Source: Bacteroides sp.
GTDB taxonomy: Bacteria > Bacteroidota > Bacteroidia > Bacteroidales > UBA7960
NCBI GenBank assembly: GCA_036351255.1
Contig: JAZBOS010000115.1
Span: forward strand, 3,374 to 67,373
Length of the DNA stretch: 64,000 bases
Direction of reading: 5' to 3'
Shown piece after piece: positions 58,901-64,000 of this stretch. The notes below the pieces were generated by a model, which was not told the DNA's origin, did no database searches, and saw only the letters and a list, made by a program, of their open reading frames with translations. Positions within the stretch are counted from its first letter, which is position 1; each line of letters begins with the position of its first letter. The translations under genes and the position numbers were made by a program.

Positions 58901-59629
58901 AGCGCACCTTTGGCCACCCTTGGCCTGGATGGGGCCGCAATAACTGTGGTGGCTTCTGGTTTCCTTGATCCTGCCAATAACAGTGATGGGGCAGCTTTCG
59001 GGTTGTACGTTGCACTTGCTGGAGGCGGTGATTTAGTGGCACTCCCACTTTACACGGAAACCTTCGAGGTGACTTTTAATGTTGACATGACCTACGCTGA
59101 AGGATTTGATCCCGAGACTGACGTGGTTTACATTACCGGTGACCTCCTTGGCTGGGCAGAACCGGGTACGGATCCTGACAACCAGACCATGGCCCGGGTA
59201 GATGACTCCATGGTATGGACCAAAACTCTCCAACTGGAAGCCGGAAGCTATGAATACAAATACTTCCTCAATGCAGGCTGGGATGGCGGTGAATGGGATG
59301 GCGGTGACAACCGCAGCCTTGTCGTGGAAGGCGATATGGAAGTGAACGATTGGTTTGGATATCTGACCGATCCTACCAGCGTTACCGATCCGAGTCTGGC
59401 TCAGATCCGTATTTTCCCCGTACCGGCTCAAACCAACCTGACCATTACATCACCCATGTTGATTCGCGAAGTTCGCATGATTGATATGCTGGGTCAGATG
59501 GTTTATAACGAAACGGTATCCGGCATGCAGCACCAGCTGAATGTGGGCCAATTCAAGAACGGTATCTACTTCATCCAGATCCTTACTGACAAGGGTATGG
59601 AGACCCGCAGAATCCAGATTCAGAAATAA
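52931..59629 (+). CDS. Giant multidomain secreted surface protein (about 2230 aa) with a T9SS CTD
   Basis: The ATG at 52931 gives a signal peptide. Domains seen:
- chitobiase/FN3-associated-like segment (GATIYYTTDGTDPD...)
- a propeller-like module (54281-55210)
- several ASH/choice-of-anchor-D-like Ig segments (LDFG...LxNxGxGxLxI)
- a DUF4397-like module (58385-59053)
- a CBM20-like segment (FEVTFNVDM...YEYKYF)
- a CTD (IFPVPAQTNL...NGIYFIQILT). Confidence 0.85.
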   Translation: MKRKLQLAIPWFMALFLFLSFNSPGQGLETFDNLDLTGTSYLDGTFLGQDGSTWTYEQCRGDIAITGNAIMLGRNRTPQPNVYSGTISGGIGIINFDYMQAFSTNVNLNVLVNDVLVGNVTSAGEANIVKNSGDITVNVGGDVVIKFINANNSDGQVVIDNISWTAAGAVTQVATPSLSPNGGDFYAPIDVSISTLTEGATIYYTTDGTDPDATATLYTAPFEVSSTTTVKAIGIKEGLDDSNIASATFNFPAVTDVATIAGLRAGLTDGTAYRLTGEALITAMDGFNNRKFIQDGTAAIMIFDNQGIIDTEYSIGDKIQNISGTLSLANNLLRFVPVADPGAAVSTGNPVVPTVFTLDGVTTDDQAKLVTFKNVTFSSIGTFANGQNYTLTDGTNTFVMRTDFWNVDYIGTEIPTTPHNITGVIIQYNTTLQIVPRSLADFYEIPFNTHFQFAAVDGTLPAWFGADTERGMAAGGGSLYAVSRNAGNFVRVFDPVTGLETGTLNTTGVSGGTFALNDAEVSGDGVVLAANMAMNTSVDGTAVFKVYQMDAVAAPVAVIEYALPGIARLGDKFTVVGNFDDGSATLYAADGSNPRVFKFTLTGGVFGAPEIIPLGVTQGSTPAVAPLPDGSFYYNANGQSLSKLNADGTLVGTVPGGIISTGSNSIKYLGTDGDDEMVAVFNYGVGQERIKVIRVPAGDPSLATLEFETPSMRGNANANGAGDVAFIPGLDGSVHLYILATNNGFAGYESLNLNLVFPDYTGGTPSYDITTFPYHQNFNDEVFPADGYQNLAVVGTGTWTRLTSGTNPTTSPQDGAGMIRYNAYSQSSGNSAALITPKVVIPAGDYQVRFSMYRDGGYLTNADRVEVLVNDTPDLTDAVSIGVVNRSINLEPVVTSAGWHYFAFPFPVEKAGDYYVIFKAISAYGNNIYVDAFFLEEVPTQPQLAVVPTSLDFGLVLEGTTSASKSLALTNVAVGSLQINDGDITLTGTDAAMFSLGDITYPIEIGPSATVNISLDFTPAAVGDYTATLNIAHNGSNSPTTVDITGSGYAPFAAFFENFDLATVGGLPSAWANYVQATSTAAAVDVTTAGTPVSAPNQIRMANSSDANATLLLITPAVTNITSNRIGFMAKGTNYVLQVGTITDPADPTTFTVLQAITLTSAHEQYYVNFDEYTGTDQYIAFKHGLGATYRTIYMDNVVWEAIPADPVFAVSPESKDFGMLQIEQTSNPQTFTISNTGAGTLVINPADITLTGTDAAEFVLTNLAETAELAFGETATFTVAFAPVTVGVKSATIEINDNLTGKVINQIPLTGEGFDATLYPTFVVDFNEEPFPPLGWGKFIGLLGETTTLEPTTSGWSHHVFGNLSGEDNSAYINIYSTKNHWLITPPIDLGDGTTDYQLSFDIALTPWTGTAQSTLGPDDYVAVVISTDNGMTWTNANVLIDWDASDVISATGNHIVVSLVGYSGLVKVGFYAERPSGSTPDLRFYVDNVSVEDAAEVPVFTISPDSKDFGDVGVTEQSQPQTFIISNSGPGTLMVNAPVLDNTTDYILNYTAEDFPAELTGTETVSFTVAFAPQTEGILTGEVTIAHGEAGAETATVPLTGAGVVRPAGSTCANPYVFDALPLVDYADNTEAYGNDYLGAWLEPSSNYLNGYDFVGQFTLDEAGYLSGSVAGSWTGLIIVEECPNIDVPANVLALGTGTSGGAFNNVWMEAGTYFAIVSTWPSPDFTDFTLNLSFMTGYTVTFAVQDEDAIAITDAVVTLGDVTNEAGNYVFENVIPGTYAYTVVKEGYVDGTGDVEVIDANVTETVTLQLAEQPMARMQIIHNSADAAVNLVDIYVNGDLFLEDFAFRTATPFVDVPAGVDLDIIVAPAGAGIENGVGPVTLNLGEGGTYIAIANGIVSASGYDPAPAFSLDVMPAALESAISGNTEVLAFHGSTDAPTVSVWETGVGAGELFTFSYGDFAGYLLLNTADYVLEIRTADGETTVAAYSAPLATLGLDGAAITVVASGFLDPANNSDGAAFGLYVALAGGGDLVALPLYTETFEVTFNVDMTYAEGFDPETDVVYITGDLLGWAEPGTDPDNQTMARVDDSMVWTKTLQLEAGSYEYKYFLNAGWDGGEWDGGDNRSLVVEGDMEVNDWFGYLTDPTSVTDPSLAQIRIFPVPAQTNLTITSPMLIREVRMIDMLGQMVYNETVSGMQHQLNVGQFKNGIYFIQILTDKGMETRRIQIQK

Positions 59630-59649
59630 TCTGGTTTCCTAATCCTATG

Positions 59650-59683
59650 AAAGGGAAGGTCCACCAGGCCTTCCCTTTTTTTG
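59650..59683 (+). terminator. Rho-independent terminator after the first giant gene
   Basis: The stem aagggaagg/ccttccctt is followed by a T-run. Confidence 0.7.
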
Positions 59684-59945
59684 TTTAAAACATTTTTTTG
59701 ACACTAATGTAAATAATTAATAAATTTTTTTATAAATTAGACGTGATCAAAAAGAGGTGGCTAAACCGATTATTTTTTCCGTTTAAAAAACCGGTTGACC
59801 TTACTTATTTTCCTATCCTTCTTGTGAATTTGTGATGGTGGAATCAAATACACGTCCTATGGAATCCTCACGTGCATCACCTTCTTAATCTTACGGTCAC
59901 GCTTTACGCTTATTCTTTTCTTTTTCTAACTTAAACCAAAATCCT

Positions 59946-62900
59946 ATGAAGAAAAATGTACAATCTTTCATGATGTGGTTTTTCACTTTGCTGTTGCTCT
60001 TCAGCTTTCAAGGCTGGGCGCAGGCTGAGTTTGACATCACCACATTGCTTGACAAAACCGGCACCAACCTGCCCACGCAGATAGGTTCCGGAGGAAACGC
60101 CAGGGCAGCAGCCCTTTACCAGGATCGTTATGTGATTGTTGCTTCGCGCGAAGGCGGCCCTAACGTTTGGGTTTGGGACAGCCAGAATCCAGGCGCAGCG
60201 CCTTTCGCTCTCCCCATGGGAACTGATATCATTAATACCACGATTACCTTTCCCATCAATTATGTCAGGGTAGCAGGTGACGCAATTTACGTTTCAAACC
60301 TGACATTAAACCCATCAGGAACAGGTTGGGGACAGGGGCCATTTTACATTTACCGTTGGACCAGCCTCACCAGTGAGCCTGAAGTGGTAATTAACTATAC
60401 CGCCGAAGCAGGCCGCCTGGGAGATGCTTTCTCTGTCATTGGAGATCCTATGGGTGACGGACATATCATCGCTCACATGAATACCACCAAGGCTTTCAGG
60501 GTGTGGAATTTTGAGGGTGGTGTGCTTACTAACCATGATACCCCCGGCCTTATCACGCTGGATGTTCTTGAAGATCACATCAACAACCATGGCATTTACA
60601 ATGCCATTCCAGGCGAAGAATCCCTTTTTGTGGTAACCAGTAACAACAAGGGTATCATGATAGCCAACCTGAATGGAGAAATTTTGGCTGAATGGGGAAC
60701 CGAACTGATTGATATGAAGACCTATGACCCCAACATTTTCTACCTTGGCAGTAAAAGGTATCTCACCTACACCATTAATAATGATACGAACCCAGAGGTT
60801 GGTGCCAGATATCAGATCGTTGACATCTCGGAAGGGGCAACAATCATTGAGGCCATTCAAGCCATTACCAACTCGATTGAACTGGCAGAAAAAATCGTCT
60901 ATGATTTTGTAATCTCCCCCACGGGACATGCTAACCTCACGGCTACCAATTCTGTTAGTTTGCTTGAGGATGGCAGTGTGCGGGTTCTTGCGCATGTCGT
61001 GGGTAAAGGCTTTGTCCTGGAAGAATTTACTGCAGCCAGCACAGTCTTCTTTGAAGAAAACTTCAACGACTTAAATGCCGCTACCCGCTGGTCGTTTACA
61101 GAAACTGGGGGTACCAATGTGGCAGATTTTGCCTTTGACTATGCAGCAGCAGGGATCCCTATGATTGGAGAAGAAACCGATGGGATCGGGCTGAAAATGG
61201 CTGTAAACACCGTATCACCGGGTGCGATCAGTGCTGCCATGGCTTTCCCAAATGGGCAGTCGTTTGAAGGGGAATATGCCCTCACCTTTGATTTCTGGAT
61301 GAACTTTGAAGTGGGCGGTTCCGGTACAACAGAGCATGCCATTTTCGGTGCCGGCCATACTTCCACCGATATCCAGACCCCTGCCGGAGGTTCCGGTTCT
61401 GTAGACGGGACGCCAGGCACAGGCCCCAGCAACAACGGGATTGACTATACCATGACTCCCGATAATGGAGCCTCCAGGGATGTTCGCGTATTTGTTGACG
61501 GCGCGGAATTACTGGGTGTTGCCGGTGGATTTGCAGGCGCCCTGCAATCAACACAAACCGATCCTTATAATCTGGCTTATACTGGCACCGAGCCCGGCAA
61601 CCAGTGGTTGGAAATTACCATTGAAGTACTTGCTGACCGTACCGTTTTAAAAGTCAATGGCCATATTTGGGCCGAAACCATGGCGGTTGCCGATCCCGGC
61701 AATATCATGCTTGGGTATATGGACTTCTTTGGGGGATCCGTTGCCAATGAAAACTCCTTCATTGTTTTTGACAACATTAAGGTAGGTGAAATAGTTGAAG
61801 AACCGCCGCTGGCGAGGGTTCAGCTGATTCACAATTCGGCGGATGCGGCTGTAGCTCTGGTTGACCTTTACGCCGATGGTGAGCTGCAATTGGAAGATGT
61901 TGCCTTCCGCACGGCAACCCCATTTATGGATGCTCCCGCAGGCGTGGATATCAACCTGGTCATTACCCCTGCTGATGCACCTATCGAACAAGGGGTACCC
62001 CTGACCGTAAACTTTACCGATGGCATGACCTACGTTGTGGTTGCTGCGGGTAATGTTAGCACGGAGGGGTACGATCCGGTCGTGCCTTTTGGCCTTTACG
62101 CTTATGAATTTGGACAGGAAGCTGCAGTGAACCCCTCCAACACCGACGTCCTGGTATTCCATGGTTCAACCGATGCACCCACCGTTACGGTGTGGGAAAC
62201 CGGGGTAGGCGTCGGACAGATCATCTCCGATTTCAGTTTTGGTGACTTTGCAGGATATCTAAGCCTGCCCCTCAATGATTATGTACTGGAAATCCGTGAT
62301 GAAACCGGTGCCAATACCGTAGCCGCTTATTCAGCGCCTCTGGCTACCCTTGGGCTTCAGGGAGAGGCCCTTACTGTGCTGGCTTCAGGATTCCTGAACC
62401 CCGCCAGCAACAGCGATGGACCGGCCTTTGGTCTCTACGCTGCCCTTGCAGGGGGCGGAGCACTGGTTGAGCTGCCTCTCTATGACGATACCGTGATCAT
62501 CGATGAGTTCCCCTATGTTGAGGACTTTGAAGGCGAAGACTTCCCCCCTGCAGGCTGGGAAATCGTTAATCCGGATGGAAGTGCCATTGAGTGGGCCCAG
62601 AGTTCAGCCAATAATCATACCCCCGATGGCGAATTTTCGGCTTTTCACACCTACAACTCGATCGCCAATGAGGATGGTTGGATGATTTCACCCGCCATGG
62701 TCATTCCCGCTGAAACCCAGTATGTGCTTTCCTTCTGGTCAGTGAACTCATTCCCGACCTATTATGGCAAAAACAGTGTGCTGATCTCTACCGGAAGTGG
62801 CAACCCCATTGACGAAGAATTCGTAGAAGTTTGGACAACCGCAACAGTGGTCAATGCCTGGGAGGAAACCACCATTGATCTTACCGATTATGCAGGCCAA

Positions 62901-64000
62901 ACCATTTTTGTGGCCTTCCGCTATGAGGGAGAGGATGCACATGTCTGGTACCTGGATGACATCCGGGTAGGGGAAGAGGTAGTCATCCCGCAATTTGAGA
63001 CCCTCTTCGAGTTTTCCGTTGCCGGAGGAGATTATCCTTCCTGGATGGGCACCAACAATGAGCGTGGCTTTGCTTCCTATGGCGACCACGTGTATGCTGT
63101 GAGCCGTACAGGAGGCAATTTCGTCTATGTGCTCGACCGCCTGACTGGTCTTGAAACCGGACAACTTAACACCACAGGCATCCAGCCCGTTGGCACTTTC
63201 CATATCAACGACATTGAGGCCAGTGACGATGGTGTGATCGTAGCCGCCAATATGGCAATGGGAGCAGGCGCAACTTTCATCCTCTATGAAATGGATGTAA
63301 CTGAGCCTGCCACCCCGATCCTGCAATTTAACTTACCCACTGAAGGTGGCCGCATTGGGGATAAGATAACCCTGGTAGGTAGTTTCAGCGACGGCGGTGC
63401 TACCCTCTATGCAGCCGATGCCTCAAATCCCAAGGTGTATAAATGGACCCTTACGGATGGCGTATTTGGCGCTCCTGAAGTGATCACCCTTGAAATTCCT
63501 CATGGTAATACCCCTGTAGTCAGCCCGCTACCTGATGGCACATTCTATTATACCGCTTCAGGTCAGAGCCTTTCAAAACTCAGTGCTGATGGAACCCTGA
63601 TTGGTACCGTAGCCGGTGAGATCATCTCGACTGGCTCAACGGCCATCAAGTATTTCGGGAAAGACGGCAATGATGAAATGGTTGGAGTCTATCTTTATGG
63701 CGAGAACCACGAACACCTGGTGGTTGTCCGCGTGGTGGATGGCGACCCCGAACTGGCTGAAACAGAATTTGTAACGCCTTCCATGTACGGTGCCGCCAAT
63801 GCCAACGGAACCGGCGATGTGGCCTTTGAACCCGCAGCCGATGGCATCAACGCTGACTTGTATGTCCTGGGTTCGAACAATGGGATCGGAGGCTACCGCA
63901 GCCTGTTTCTTGACTTGGTATTCCCCGATTACAGTGCACAGGAGCCAGGAGATCAGTTTGTCCTTCACTGGGATGTCGCTTCTACAGCTACCACCGTGGG
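59946..64000 (+). CDS. Second giant secreted surface protein, paralogous to the first; 3' end lies outside the window
   Basis: I translated the frame by hand from the ATG at 59946 (MKKNVQSFMMWFFTLLLLFSFQGWAQA). It stays open to position 64000 (more than 1350 codons). It contains a DUF4397-like module (61812-62483) and a propeller-like module (63006-63932), both alignable to the upstream gene. It is absent from the ORF track because it has no in-window stop. Confidence 0.85.
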   Translation, partial: MKKNVQSFMMWFFTLLLLFSFQGWAQAEFDITTLLDKTGTNLPTQIGSGGNARAAALYQDRYVIVASREGGPNVWVWDSQNPGAAPFALPMGTDIINTTITFPINYVRVAGDAIYVSNLTLNPSGTGWGQGPFYIYRWTSLTSEPEVVINYTAEAGRLGDAFSVIGDPMGDGHIIAHMNTTKAFRVWNFEGGVLTNHDTPGLITLDVLEDHINNHGIYNAIPGEESLFVVTSNNKGIMIANLNGEILAEWGTELIDMKTYDPNIFYLGSKRYLTYTINNDTNPEVGARYQIVDISEGATIIEAIQAITNSIELAEKIVYDFVISPTGHANLTATNSVSLLEDGSVRVLAHVVGKGFVLEEFTAASTVFFEENFNDLNAATRWSFTETGGTNVADFAFDYAAAGIPMIGEETDGIGLKMAVNTVSPGAISAAMAFPNGQSFEGEYALTFDFWMNFEVGGSGTTEHAIFGAGHTSTDIQTPAGGSGSVDGTPGTGPSNNGIDYTMTPDNGASRDVRVFVDGAELLGVAGGFAGALQSTQTDPYNLAYTGTEPGNQWLEITIEVLADRTVLKVNGHIWAETMAVADPGNIMLGYMDFFGGSVANENSFIVFDNIKVGEIVEEPPLARVQLIHNSADAAVALVDLYADGELQLEDVAFRTATPFMDAPAGVDINLVITPADAPIEQGVPLTVNFTDGMTYVVVAAGNVSTEGYDPVVPFGLYAYEFGQEAAVNPSNTDVLVFHGSTDAPTVTVWETGVGVGQIISDFSFGDFAGYLSLPLNDYVLEIRDETGANTVAAYSAPLATLGLQGEALTVLASGFLNPASNSDGPAFGLYAALAGGGALVELPLYDDTVIIDEFPYVEDFEGEDFPPAGWEIVNPDGSAIEWAQSSANNHTPDGEFSAFHTYNSIANEDGWMISPAMVIPAETQYVLSFWSVNSFPTYYGKNSVLISTGSGNPIDEEFVEVWTTATVVNAWEETTIDLTDYAGQTIFVAFRYEGEDAHVWYLDDIRVGEEVVIPQFETLFEFSVAGGDYPSWMGTNNERGFASYGDHVYAVSRTGGNFVYVLDRLTGLETGQLNTTGIQPVGTFHINDIEASDDGVIVAANMAMGAGATFILYEMDVTEPATPILQFNLPTEGGRIGDKITLVGSFSDGGATLYAADASNPKVYKWTLTDGVFGAPEVITLEIPHGNTPVVSPLPDGTFYYTASGQSLSKLSADGTLIGTVAGEIISTGSTAIKYFGKDGNDEMVGVYLYGENHEHLVVVRVVDGDPELAETEFVTPSMYGAANANGTGDVAFEPAADGINADLYVLGSNNGIGGYRSLFLDLVFPDYSAQEPGDQFVLHWDVASTATTV

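Noticed and set aside
60315-63968. Minus-strand ORFs 60315-60995, 61647-62162, 62748-63326 and 63636-63968, the only sizeable ORFs the track lists here
   Set aside because: All are antisense to the long plus-strand frame from 59946. That frame has a signal peptide and clear paralogy to the upstream giant gene. The listed ORFs are shadows.

Overview
This is a chromosomal segment that looks like Bacteroidota. Three things point that way: type IX secretion (T9SS) genes, several proteins with T9SS C-terminal sorting domains (CTDs), and TAnnTTTG -7 promoter boxes upstream of many genes.

Most of the window is housekeeping. Recognisable genes include nitroreductase, Nudix, elbB-like, a MacA/MacB-like efflux pair, an AsmA-family protein, aroC, DAHP synthase/chorismate mutase, thiL, RNase H, tRNA-Phe, xth, malic enzyme, ruvA, sprA, cysH, lptC, a CNNM/CorC-type protein and ppiD.

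Accessory content:
- a PorV/PorQ-like barrel next to a 1655-aa C25 (PorU-like) peptidase
- a GH13 amylase with a CTD
- a three-gene surface-fibre-like cluster on the minus strand (20189-22987)
- a small secreted protein with one cysteine per 15-aa repeat
- two tandem giant multidomain surface proteins; the second (59946 to beyond 64000) is missing from the supplied ORF track because it runs off the window

The most unusual non-coding signal is a family of four intergenic palindromic elements. Their CpG dinucleotides are spaced exactly 11 bp apart, with a single 10-bp step at the dyad. Two of the copies share an identical 48-bp core.

I could not show that any single new system is present. The best candidates are the phased palindromes, the fibre cluster, the Cys-repeat protein and the barrel/C25 pair. 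All protein calls come from recognising motifs and families by eye; no searches were run. Many long antisense shadow ORFs in the track were rejected.
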